From: the human T2T-CHM13v2.0 reference genome, Homo sapiens
Assembly: GCF_009914755.1 (NCBI RefSeq)
Contig: NC_060932.1
Direction: 5' to 3' (one strand)
DNA: 64,000 bases
The position numbers and the translations under genes were made by a program. Shown one piece after another: positions 11,093-26,435 of the stretch; within the stretch, counting starts at the first letter, position 1, and every line of letters starts with the position of its first letter. The notes beneath the pieces are model-generated. The model searched no databases, was not told the origin of the DNA, and saw only the letters and a list, made by a program, of their open reading frames with translations.

Positions 11093-13324
11093 GTCTTTAT
11101 TTTGGAGGAATGTATACAATAATCACTTAAACAGAAACAGAAGCCTTTAAAATCAAAAGGCTCTTGTCTCATGCATCTGGGCATGACCTGGTAAGCAGGA
11201 TTCCATAGGGTCCACTCAGATGGACACACACTACAAACTTCAATTTTAAAAACTATCTCAGAGCTAAATGTCTTTTAGAGGTAGCTTCTAATGTAACCAC
11301 AAACAAATTTTTACTATGGTAAAGGAAACAGCTTCTCTCTGCAACATATCCTTACATAGGTCATACACTCAGGAAATTATAGGCTCTTTGCTATCGAAAT
11401 CTGATGATTAGTCATTGAGTTCAACATATAATTGGAGAGCCCATAGTTAAATGTAATTAGCCAAGATAAACTATAGAGAGAATCATGCAAATATATGAAA
11501 ACCATTGTTAGAGTTCAGTGTTCTAGGATAAAGAAAAAAGTAAACCTCTCCTACACATGTTCACAAGGAAGTACTCAAATGCACCATTTCCGAAAGCTCC
11601 TTGGGTAAGGAACTCCCTAGTTCCTGTGGTTAGAACTTTCCAGCCCTCTGTAACCTGATTCACCAGCCTTGACTTCTTTCCAACACAAACTCCTCATCCC
11701 TGCTTGTGCCTTTGCTGATACCATTCATGACTGGAATGTTCTTCCCCCTTCTCCCCTGACCACTTAGCTCTAAGTCCTGACTGTCCTTTTTAGCAAGGCT
11801 TGTTCTTTTCCTTCTGCTCTTAGATTCTGCCCAGTTCACTTGACATCAAATATTATATTACCTGTCTTATATTGGGGGAGAATGCTTTTTTCCCTACACA
11901 TTTCTAGCATATAATACCTCTCTTTCCATCTCTTCATTTACTCTACCCAAGGGGAGGTTGAGTGACATACATGTCTAATGGGCAATTTGGGGAAGCATCT
12001 CCTGGACTCAGCTCTTGCCTTCTCTCTGCAGGGAGTAGGGCTACCATCCATGAATATGAATTCTCCTCTGATCCTCCAGCAAATAATTTGAGTTGATTCT
12101 CTGGGCCCAGAGAGGCCTGCCCCAGCCGCTGTGACCTGTGCTTAATTCCTGGGTTCCATATTAGGAGAACAAATAAACCATGCCCTGCAGCCTGGCCTTT
12201 ACAGATAATAAGGGTGATGTTTGAGCCTTATCTGACAATGATTTTATCTTATCTTTCAGTTTTTCTCAGAACTTGGGAAATTCAGGGTGGTTGTCATTAT
12301 TATGATTTACATCAACGACGCTAGCATCATTCGTATATATAAATGTACATACATTTATTAGATGATCTTAAAAGCTGTTGTGAGATTGTGTCCCATCTCC
12401 CTGCCTGGACAAAGTTTTGTCTTATATTTCATAAGTCTTTGCGGCCCAGTGTTTCACTGCAATATATAATATACAGTACAAATAAACTCAAATGGGTTCA
12501 ATCATTAATACATCATCAATTAAGGACATACAGAGAAAATAAAGCAAAATTTAGGACTACAATACTTGTGATTCTGGCTAACGATTATGACTTTATTAAT
12601 GCATTTTTGGTGTCACTTAGAAGTGCTAGCATACAATCATTACAGGCAGGGTGAATATAAAATTAATATATGCTCTATACTGTGATCCTGCAGAGCAAAC
12701 CTAATTACACATTGAGCAAGAAGAGAGAATAAAAGATAAGGCATATACCGATAGATTTTCTTCATCAAAACCCACAAACCCTCACTTCAACAAAGCCCTG
12801 TCATTAGCTTCCCAACATATCTAAAAGTGAATTTAATGTGATATATGCCCTAATCTAATTTCCAAAGAAGTGACAGCAATAAGCCAGCTTCTCATTTACT
12901 TACATCTTAAACCTTTATATTATGTGCTACATTCTTTTGCCAACTCCTATTCACATGTACACAAAAAGCTATTAATGTACAATGCTGCAGAAAAATAATG
13001 ATTTAGTTGTCTATATATGTTTTTCAATGTCCACCTATGAAAATGCAAAAGTAAACTAAGCACATAAAGGAATTACAATTATACCTAAATAAATATAGGG
13101 TTTAAAAAATGCTAAGTCAAATAATGTATGATAAATTGCTAATGTGTCCTCAATTTTACTGTGAGTGCATTAGCTTATTTTAAATATGCATTCGTTGAAT
13201 GCTAACTGGATGCTAATACTAACAAACACTGGGCACTAACAAGCAGCACATAGCAAAATAATAATGCTAGAAAGGATTCCTTATATCACCATTTTCCAGT
13301 TTTCTAAAATGTGCCACGTTTTCC

Positions 13325-13555
13325 CTTTAATTCTCACAGTCTTCCATTAAAACGACAGGAAACATTGCCATGCCTGCTTTACAAATGGGGAAACTGAGAC
13401 TGAGAGGTTCAGTGATATTACTGAGGACTAACAGGGCTGGTACTCCAGTCTAGACTGCTGACTCCCAGTAGTTAATCATACATTTGGAGATTCAGTAAAT
13501 ATTTACTGAGTACCTACCATACAACAAACCCCACGCTGGGACTGGGGATGGAGAA
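13325..13555 (-). mobile_element. MIR fragment followed by an L2 3' tail
   Basis: 'tttacaaatggggaaactgagactgagagg' (MIR core, antisense) and 'ttcagtaaatatttactgagtacctac' (L2 tail, antisense). Confidence 0.7.
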
Positions 13556-15440
13556 GGTCCCTCCCTGCTCTCCTGGTCTCTCCCCGAGTCTGCCCCATTT
13601 GACACAGGATGGCATGTTTAATGTACTATTTTCATTTTATATATGGATAAAAACAAAAATTAACTTGTAAATATTTTTCCTATAAAAACAAAACTAGGGA
13701 AAACTGCCTTAAAATTAATTCAACATAATCATTACTTTATAACTTAAACACGTTTCATTGCTATTCCTCGATGCTCAAAACAGAATGATAGTGTTGCAAT
13801 TAAAATTGAGACTGTAAATTAAAAATATCCTTCAGCATTTTGCAATGAAGCATTTAATCCTCTTATTAAATGAATGAGAATTTAATCACATAAATTAGTC
13901 TACCTCATTCATATACCCAAATGTCAGAATTTATCTAATAAAGCAAACTTAGATTTAAACATTCACAGGAAGAGTGGTAAGAAGGTGGCTGGAGAAGACC
14001 TTCTTTGAAATTCAGTTTTGAGTTTTACGCATCTAAAATCACAGAGATCTGAGGTTCCAGCACCATGTTGCAGTTCTCAAGCCACAATTTTAGTATAAAG
14101 TTACCCCTTCATAAGTGTAGCTGTCATAAAATGCCATAAGACATGGGAGAGACCAAAGCTTAGTCCTGAAATAAAAAAAAAATGGTACTCACAGTCCTTT
14201 CTATCTGTATTTGTCTATAAGTTAATTCATGTGCGGTAAATACATTTGGATTTAAGGCATTTGGATTCCTTCCAGATAGGAAAACAGACAGACAAGTAAA
14301 CCCAGTGAGATAATGTAGAGAAACCCACTGAGGCAATGAAAGGAGAGAAGTAGGTGCTTGAGTCCATCAGCTGGTGAGTCAACTCCGCAATCGCATCCTC
14401 ACATTCCTGCTGCATGAGCTGGCAGAAGCCAGTAGAACATGTGCTCATTCCAAAGGAAACACAAACTCACTGCCTTCAGCCTCCCAGAATCATCAGTCTT
14501 ACAGAATTGAACAAGTAGAGAAGGTGGCCAAAGTGAATTTGAGTTGCCCATATTCTTCTATCACTCTCTTTCTCTACAGGATGGTGACTTTACGTTTGTC
14601 TTACATTTTACTTTTCTTGAGATAAAGCTTATACATATATATGCCTCTTAATGAATGCAGAATTATTTCTTATGCAGTGGGTTTTTCTCCATCCATCTGT
14701 AAGCTGTCTCTGATACTGAGTGCTGGGCTGGATGACGTGATGCCAGCTCTATCACATGCCCAAGTTAAGCCTGAAGGCTCTGCTCTTATGTAAAATGAGC
14801 ACTACTGGATTAGTGTCCCTGTTAGATGTGATAAGAGGAAATAGAAAAATGAGAACAGAGAAGTCCTAATTTATATGAATCACAGGCAGGTGTCCTTTAA
14901 AAACGACTTAAGATTTTTGAAACCATCAGCCCCCAACTGTCACATAAATTTCTATAGAATGGCACACCTACTTAGGTATTTCTCTATTTGTGTTCGATTA
15001 ATTAGAAATCTAAATCTTCTGTTCATCTTCCCACCTTTTTTGGCTTATTGCACATATATAAGATTTTGGCAACCCAGAAAAAGAAAAACATCAGAAGAGA
15101 CCTAATTTATAAAAAGACTTCATTCCAAAAATTCAGTCATTAGGACGACTGAACATCCTTTCTCATTAGAATGATGAGAAAAGGAGGGTTTTTACATTCT
15201 TAAGACAAACAGGTCATAACAATTTTTGTAAAGTTAAACAACTTTATAGAAAACAGAGAAAACAATGAACATTAAACTCTATTGTACTCTGATGTTTCCT
15301 TTGATCTTTGATTTTATGTAAATATTTAGCAAGTTGCCATCAGCAAATACAGTGTCATGTGCCATTTTCAGTTACGTAAAAAATGCATTTCTATGTTTCA
15401 AAACAGCCTGCATAAATCATTTTAAAGACTATAAACTATT

Positions 15441-15759
<319 letters not shown>

Positions 15760-17239
15760 TTATATCCTTAGTCACGTCCTCATTGTTGAAGAAAGTAGTT
15801 TCCAAATTTTCATTTTCATAGCTAAAACCTATTTAAAGACTTGAAAGTGATTTTTATGTGATACTCTGTGTCGAGACTTTAAGTGCCACCTCTAGCTTAG
15901 GTGGGAGGCCAGCCAAGGGCACCTGCACTCCCAGCAGAAGGCAGAGTGAAATTGTAAGTTCAGTAGCCCCCACCACTGCATGAGGCTAGTTGACAAAAAC
16001 GGCATTGAGACAGTATTTTAGCTTACCATCCTTAACTACTTACTTTTTTTCTTCTAAGTATTTCAGCTATTTTGCAGACTGATGGTGGGTGGCATTTTTC
16101 TCTAAAGCAGAATGTAAAATCATCCTTAATTTGACAGTGATTGAGCTACACTGCTTCTTTACATGTCTGATCAAAATATAGCTTTAAAAGTCTACAGATA
16201 ATTAAAATTTCAGGAAGTATTTGGAGAAGCTTATTAATATATTACATAATCATTAACCACAGAAATATATTAATCTTTAAGATCAATTGTGAGCACCGGG
16301 AACTATTATTCTTGGGATTATTTTGTGTGAACAAACCCAAATCCCTGTGCTACACAAAAGCTAATGTCTTTGCTCAGAGGATTAGAATTAATTTATTATC
16401 TCTGCTTTTGACTTAAATGCTATAAACATCTCTGTTGTTCTTGGAAAACAAAGGCTGCTCCTGCATAATTTTTCAGATAAAGAAACTGAAATTAAAGTAC
16501 TATGAAAATATTTGCTGGATAGAACAAATGCCAAGATCAAAGATGATAAGACAATGAGCGGATATTTATTATCCCCACTAATCCTTTCGTATTTCAAAGT
16601 TTATTTATTTTTACAATGCTCTTCTGTGCTCTTCATCAGTTATTATAGCATAATTGTAATTGTAAATTCATAAAAGAGAATGCAGAGTTAATAATATCAT
16701 AAGCTTTGGAATAATATTCAAGTGATATTGATAAGAATGAACATGAATGTATTATCTGAATATATTATTTGGATGAACAAGAAAAAATGATAATCTGATG
16801 TTAGAATTTTAACTTCTTACCCTGCCAGCCAATGAGGCCCTGAATAAAGAATAGAGATTTAATTTTAAAACATTAATGACGAATAACTTTGAAGTGACAA
16901 CTCAATAAATCATAAACCTGTGTTCTTTTCCATATATTTGAGTAATGGCTACACATTTTACAATATTCTGACTTTCTAGCATTCTTTAATTCTTACTTGT
17001 GAAACAGTATCTAAAGTCGAGAAATGGATTCATATTTCCATGGCTTACTTGACAGAGACAGACCATAGTTATTTCTCACTGAATATACCTTAAAGCAACT
17101 TCTGACAGACTGTCAAAGGAATTTCTGGTCTAATCGCACATGGGGACTGAGAATACTAGAATGATCAGCATTGGTTACTTAAAAGCCTAGGTTACTGTCT
17201 TCAAAAAGTGTATGTATTTAGGATAATCAATGAACAGCC

Positions 17240-17760
17240 CTTTTGAAGACATCAGGCATGAGCAATAAAAAGGGGAGATACACCTTGGGCATATGGTGGT
17301 GTCATTAACTGGGATAGGAAAGTCAGGAAGAGGAACTGATTTCAGGGTGGGAAATGGACATTTGAAGAAATCAGGTTGGAAAATGTTAATTTTAAGGTAG
17401 ATATGGGGCATGAAGAAATTTGGTGGGTGGCTAAATTTAGGAATCAAGATCTTATGAGAAAGGTTGAAAGTAGTGAGCAAGATCAGGGTATGCGAATGCT
17501 TTCTGTAAAGGGCCAGAGAGTAAACATTTTAGGCTTTGCAGGCCATAGGATCTCTCACATCTACTCACCTCTGACACTATTGCACGAAAGCAGCCATCAA
17601 CAGTAGCTAAAGGACGAGTGGGCCTGTGTTCCAATAAAACTTTATTTACAAAAATAGGTGCCAGAATGTATTCAGCTTGCAGGTCATAGTTTGCCAACCC
17701 TAAATTAGATGGCAAATGAAGCCCTTGGAATGGACAAGATCACCCAGGAAGAACATATGT
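17240..17760 (-). mobile_element. L2 fragment, interrupted by MER58A
   Basis: 'tggtggtgtcattaactgggatagg...ggaagaggaactgattt' and 'ggaatggacaagatcacccagga' are antisense L2 motifs. Confidence 0.7.
17484..17702. mobile_element. MER58A (hAT-Charlie MITE)
   Basis: 'tttctgtaaagggccagagagtaaacattttaggctttgcaggcca', 'gtgttccaataaaactttatttacaaaaa', and TIR-like end 'tagtttgccaaccct'. Confidence 0.9.
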
Positions 17761-17849
17761 ACGTAAGGCAAATTTCTATGCTAAGAAATTTGAAAACATG
17801 TAATTGTGAATTCCCATTCTGTTCAATAAGGATATATCCCATATACAAG

Positions 17850-17985
17850 GCCTTGCAGTCAGACAGATGGTTCCAAAACGTTGGCTCTGATTTATACTGA
17901 CTGTGTGAGAAATGGGGCAGGTTATTTAACCTCTGAGGCTCAGATGCCTTGACTGCAAAATGAGGATAATGACTCTAACAGCTAA
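17850..17985 (+). mobile_element. MIR
   Basis: 'ctgtgtga...gggcaggttatttaacctctgaggctcag...aaaatgaggataat'. Confidence 0.75.
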
Positions 17986-18021
17986 CACGAGGCACAGGGT
18001 TCAAGAGTATATCAATATTTT

Positions 18022-18297
18022 CCTGTAATCCCAGCACTTTGGGAGTCCAAGGCGGGCGGATCACGAGGTCAGGAGATAGAGACCATCCTGGCTAATACGG
18101 TGAAACCCCCTCTCTACTAAAAATATTTTAAAAATTAGCCAGGCGTGGTGGCAGGCGCCTGTAGTCCCAGCTACTCGGGAGGCTGAGGCAAGAGAGTGGT
18201 GTGAACCTGGGAGATGGAGCTTGCAGTGAGCCAAGGTGCGCCACTGCACTCCAGCCTGGGCAACAGAGCGAGACTCTGTCTCAAAAAAGAAAAAAAA
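18022..18297 (+). mobile_element. AluY, about 20 nt 5'-truncated, 17-bp TSD (1 mismatch)
   Basis: Begins at cctgtaatcccagc and has AluY diagnostics. TSD aagagtatat(c/t)aatatt at 18003-18019 and 18298-18314. Confidence 0.93.
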
Positions 18298-18319
18298 AAG
18301 AGTATATTAATATTCCTAT

Positions 18320-18480
18320 CAATCCTCAGAATGAGATACTATTATCTGTTTTATAGATGAGTATACTAAGGTACAGGGGGCCGGAAAACATGTCTAAGTG
18401 ACACAGCTGGTAAGTGGTGAAAGAGGTCTGATTCCAGCCCAAGGAGTCGGCCCTATACTCCTCACTCTCAATCATACCTA
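18320..18480 (-). mobile_element. MIR
   Basis: 'tactattatctgttttatagatgag...ctaagtgacacagctggtaagtgg'. Confidence 0.7.
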
Positions 18481-18669
18481 CATTTCAAAAGCTCATGATG
18501 AAGACTGGATGGGAGAAGGGGGAACATTTTATCACTGCCCTTGGTGGGTAGAAAGAACCCAATGTGGCCATTATAATTATTATAACCTTGAGGCACATCA
18601 ATAGATTCAGGATACAATGACTAAGCCAAGGTCAGTCCTGTCCAAGACACTAACTCATCACTGAATTAA

Positions 18670-18884
18670 TTTCTTTTTTTTTCTTTTTTTTTTTTTTTTG
18701 TTGACACAGGGTCTTGCTCTGGAGTGAGGCAGTGCAATGATAGTTCACTGCAGCCTACAACTCTTGGGCTCAAGCGATCCTCCCGCCTCAGCCTCCCAAA
18801 TAGCTGGGACTACAGGAATGTACCACCATGCCTGGCTAATTTTTAATTTTTTTTTATAGAGACATGGTCTCACTATGTTGCCCA
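18670..18884 (-). mobile_element. AluJ-type partial (right arm plus linker), truncated at a duplicated segment
   Basis: Poly-T, then 'ctcttgggctcaagcgatcctcccgcctcagcctcccaa'. Stops at 'cactatgttgccca'. Confidence 0.88.
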
Positions 18885-19068
18885 TATGGCAGTGCCATTA
18901 ACTGGGATAGGAAATTCAGGAAGAGGAACTGATTTCAGGGTATAAAATAAACATTTGGAGAATTCAGTTTGGTAAATGAATGAAATGAATGAATTCATCC
19001 TGGGGTTCATTTTTTTTTGAAAAATTAAGAACTGACTTTAATTCCATCTTAGCAATAACTGATAGTTA

Positions 19069-21330
<2,262 letters not shown>

Positions 21331-22086
21331 AATAACTGAGTATGTTTCATGTGATTATTAAATTTTTGAGAAATGTTTGGAAAAATAGTATCACTGGTAA
21401 AATGTACTAGAATATCAAAGTCCAGTCTTTTACTTATAACGTAAATCCCTTTTTCAAGTTAATGACTTTTCTTGTACTTCTTTCCACCATATATATAAAT
21501 CCTTTGGTAGCCATTGTTTTACATATCAATAACAAAAGCAAAAATAACTCCAGTTCCATTAGTTAAACTCCTTGTCTAGCAGAAGGGAGTATTTACTGAT
21601 AACAGTAAATACTGCCTTAAGGGAGGTATCAAAAACTTGCCAAGAGATGTGACATGGAAGGGATTAGGGAACTTTTTGCAGAGGAAGGGAGATTTGAGCT
21701 GGACATTGGTGCATATATAGGAATTGTTTGGTGAGAGATTTCTTTGTTCATTTTTCCCCAATCCTAATCTTAGTTCCTGCTAAGATTAAATGAGTGTTAA
21801 ACCATAATCTACCATGGACCCAAAAAGGGACCTGTAGATTCTTATAGCAGTTTTGAACAACAGCAGCACAAAGAAAAGAAACCATCCTTCTGCAGGTTTC
21901 AATGTGTGTACATAAAGGAGAATAAAGCAAAATTTACTAGGAATACTTGGGAAAAACAAATTAAAAAATGCCAGGCAAGTGGTAATAAAAACTGATACTA
22001 TTTTCTTTCTTAACATCCCCACTTAGGGGAAAGACAGACTGAAAATTAACAATAGAATTGATTTGGGGGTCCTTTTAAAGCTGGTG

Positions 22087-22197
22087 GTGTGTGCCTGTAG
22101 GAGGCTAAGGCAGGAGGATCGCTTGAGCCCAGGAGTTGGAGGCTGCGCTGAGGTATGATTACACCATTACACTCCAACCTGGGCACCAGAGCAAGAT
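22087..22197 (+). repeat. Tail-less copy of the neighbouring Alu right arm, between 15-bp direct repeats
   Basis: 22101-22198 aligns without gaps to 22401-22498 (88/98). Flanked by cttttaaagctggtg at 22072-22086 and 22198-22212. Confidence 0.85.
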
Positions 22198-22223
22198 CTT
22201 TTAAAGCTGGTGTTAGAAATTCA

Positions 22224-22516
22224 GGCCAGGCCTGGTGGCTCATGCCTGTAATCACAATGCTTTGGGAGGCCAAAGTGAAAGGATCACTTGAGGCCAGGAG
22301 TTTGTGACCAGCCTGAGCAATATAGAAAGACCCTGTCTTTACGAAAGATAAAAAAGTAGCCAGGCATCGTGGCATGCACCTGTAGTCCCAGCTACTTGGG
22401 GAGGCTAAGGCAGGAGGGTTCTTTGAGCCTAGGAGTTGGAGGCTGCACTGAGGTATGATTATACCATTGCATTCCAACCTGGGCAACAGAGCAAGATCCT
22501 GTCTCAAAAAATAAAA
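22224..22516 (+). mobile_element. AluJ
   Basis: Dimeric Alu with J-type 'ggatcacttgaggccaggagtt' and 'ggaggctgca...tatgat'. Confidence 0.92.
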
Positions 22517-22613
22517 TGGATCTTCTTAACTCAATAAGTGTTCTATATAACTATTTCTTTAATAATAATTGTCAGCATCTTAAATATATACTTCATTGCA
22601 AAAGGATTAAATA

Positions 22614-22967
22614 CAGTTGTTCCTTGGTATCTGGGGGACTGGTTCCAGAACCCCCCTCAGATACCAAAATCCCCAGACACTTAAGTATATATACTTAAGT
22701 ATATATATAGGCATAGTATTTGCATATAAACTATACACATCCTCCCATGTACTTTAAAACATGTCCAGATTACTTATAATACTTAATACATTGTAAATGC
22801 TATGTAAGTAGTTGATATACTGCATTGTTTAGAGAATAACAAGAAATAAAGTTTGTACACATTCAGTACAGAGGCAAACATTCTTTTTTTTTTTTTCTTT
22901 GAATGCTTTGAATTAGAGGTTGGTTGAATCCATGGATGTGGAACCCAGAGATACAGAGGGCCAACTG
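22614..22967. mobile_element. MER2 (TcMar-Tigger MITE) with TA TSD
   Basis: TIRs cagttgttcctt...gagggccaactg, flanked by TA on both sides; internal 'tagtatttgcatataa'. Confidence 0.9.
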
Positions 22968-23352
22968 TAAATGTTGTTTCTGTTTAGATAAAAATATTAC
23001 AGCATTTTATAAAATTCAAATATGCCTGGGGTGTTATGTTACTACCAGAAATTGAAAGACCAGTATTTACAGCACAAAATTAAACATACCTCCTGCTTGG
23101 AAGAAGTAAGTCAGGGTTTGTTTGCCTGGAGTCCTATAGATAGGTGCCAACAGGATCTTGGCCAACTTTCAGAGGGTCTGTAAACTACCTGCAATTATGT
23201 CAAATTTTCTGTGCATGTGTCTTTCTTCAGACAGTCTAGAATATTCATTAGCTTCTCGAAGGAGTCTATTATCTCCCCATAGCTAAATCAGCCTCTGCAA
23301 AAAGGTCTCCCTAAAGCACACTTATCTTGCTTTAAAAGCCTACGTATTTTGG

Positions 23353-23688
<336 letters not shown>

Positions 23689-25219
23689 TTATCCATCCAA
23701 ATTAAGCAAGTAAATATTTGTGTTTCTGCACTGGACCACTGGCATTAGATCAAAAAATCAAAATTTTGTCCATTAGTAAGAAGGCAGGGTTACTCATTCT
23801 TAACTTAGCATTGTAAAACAATTCAGTGTTTTCAGGCATCTAGCTTTTTTATAAAACTCAAAAGAGACAAAAATCAATAAATACCCTGAGCTAAGGACTT
23901 CTGAAATGTGTAACTATTAATTAGTACACCTAACTTTTAAATTAATCTATACAATTAACTCTACCTAAAAGTCAAAGAGCAGAGCAGCCACGGATGTTTT
24001 TCTTACAGGTTGATTATTTTTTTGAGATAAACCACAGCAAGTTGATGGCAAAATTAAAGGACTGAGAATTCCTGCTATTCCATTCACAGGCAATAATCCA
24101 TTCTTTTATAAATGAAAGGTATTTTAGAATAGAAGAAAGCTATTCTTTCCAGAACAAAATAAATTTCTCTCAGGGATTAGATTTTGGAGACTTTATGGCA
24201 TGTACAAAAGGCTTTTGATATATCCCCCTGCTAATTTAATTTACTGCCTTTGCTCTGTTAATGGCCAGAACTAGTTTGGAATACCTTCTCTATATTATTG
24301 AAAATCAATGAGCAGGAGTCTCACTAATACTTTGAGGCCACTAATGTATAAGAGGTCACTACTTCAAAGTGTGAAAGATGGTTGAAAACAAGTTGAGCTT
24401 AAATTAGGGAGTAAGTAGCAAAGGCTCTGAGATTCAAAAGCTGTTTTTTGTTTTACCTGAAACTATCCAATAAGCATTACCTTTGATGACCACAGAACCA
24501 ACATTTGCTTGTGTTAACCTGACATGAGGGCCCATAAAATTGTATTTAACAGGCTCTACAGCAGCCTCTCTGCTCCCTTGAAAGAATAGCTTCATTCATA
24601 CACATTCCAAATTATATCTGTTTTGCATAAATTAAGTAGACTTTGTAGAAAAGACTGGATTTATTATCATGTAAAATACAGCCATTAGCAGAAAATCTAG
24701 TAACTCTATTCCCAGACATAACAAGATTAGACTCAGGCTACTGGGCTGGAAGTCGGGGGATGAGAAGTGAAGTATTCTTAAAGCCTTCCTTCTTATAGCA
24801 TTACTCACGGGGGTAAATTAAATAACAGTACTAAAAAAGGAAGCTACAACATGCTATTACTCAGGTCTACCATCAGAGCAGAACATTCTGGCCAATTGAT
24901 CTTGAGGGTTAACACCAGCATAGGAAAGACTTAAATGTCTACACATTTCTCTCTCAAAACCTTTCTTAAGCTCTCTTGTGGCTGGAAAATTTGATAGGAC
25001 TCACTTGCCACAAATGCTCATCATGTTGACATACAGTAGTTGTGTTATCATCATACTAATCAGATGCTGCAACCAGGGAGTAAAGGCTGGTTAATGACAG
25101 AAATTCAGAGAATACAGTACCACAGATTCCAAAACAAGGGCCTGATTCTAGGCAATGATGATGAAATGCTCTCAAGGTCAGGCACAGGGGTAGGTCCAAA
25201 GGAAAAAGCCTGCATATGG

Positions 25220-25490
25220 AACATCTAAAGAATGCCTACTCAATGCCAGGTACAGCTCCAGGCACTCAGGACACAGGGTGAACAAAACAGATGGGGTCTT
25301 AGCACCTTGTAGGTGAAGACTGACAAAAGACTAGCACCAAAGTACCAGATAGGGAACATTTAAAACGTAAAAAAGGAAAGGTGAGAGTGTCTTATGGGGT
25401 TTCCTGAGCCATGGATGCTTGGGGAAGTCCTCTCTGAGAAGGTAGCCCGTAAGCGGAGATCTGAATGACAAGAAGGAGCCATCCTCTATG
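25220..25490 (-). mobile_element. L2 3' fragment
   Basis: 'gaatgcctactcaatgccagg...ggacacagggtgaacaaaacaga' and 'agatctgaatgacaagaaggagcca'. Confidence 0.7.
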
Positions 25491-26296
25491 CTTTCAACCT
25501 ATAAAAGCCATCTTTCATGGGAAAAGGATGATAGACAGCAAATGGGAGGGATGGGAGGGAGCAGTTTAGTCTCGTAATTCAGTGGTTTTCATCATTTTTG
25601 GTGTCTTTGAGGCATATTTTAAAATACTACATATTTATTATATTAAGAGATTATAAAACAAAGCAATTTAAAATGAGTCAACAATTACAATCCAGCCACT
25701 CTTGACACTTCAGCTAACAACACCTCAGTTATCTATAAAAGCACCCACACTCATCGCAATAGTCACCAGTCGACATCAATTCTGAGGTGCTATCTGTGGC
25801 CTATGCCACATTCTCATATACTCAGGAGGCAAACTTAACTCTGTAAAAGTAAATGGAAGTTCTTTTGTTAGCAGAAGTTTAAGAACACACTAAACTCCTT
25901 GCATTCACACTTGTTTTCTGCAAACATAACCTGTTTGGCCTAATACTTGTCTAACAACATCTTAATGGTATATATCCATTTTATAAACTATATATATTCA
26001 GCTATAAAAAATACATGTAAACATTCATATTGGCAGCATGCCTTTGGGCTATGGGGCATCAGATGGGTAATGGCAAAGGATCACATGAATGAAATCGCAA
26101 ACCCATTTCTAATTTTCTAAGTTTTCCAGCTATCCCATTATCAGATATTTTTCATTTTTCACATAAATCTCAATCTTTTGGTTCTTCCCTTATAAGAAAC
26201 ACTAGAAAAAAAATTATTTATTTAATTTACTGCTGGCTGATTTGTCATAGTTAAAGCCACCATAGACAGGGTTAACTTTATCCTCTCAACAGAAAT

Positions 26297-26435
26297 CTTT
26301 TTTTTTGTTTGTTTTGTTTTAAGAGATGGGGTTTCTTTGCCCAGGCTGGAGTACATAGTTCACTGCAGCCACAAACTCCAGGACTCAGGTGATCCTCCCA
26401 CCTCGGCCTCTTGAGTCGATGGGATTAAGGGCACA
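26297..26435 (-). mobile_element. Alu right-arm/FRAM fragment
   Basis: T-rich tail, 'gcccaggctggagtaca', 'ctcaggtgatcctcccacctcggcctc'. Confidence 0.8.

Noticed and set aside
13492-13509. 18-bp palindrome tcagtaaatatttactga
   Set aside because: It derives from the naturally near-palindromic L2 3' tail.
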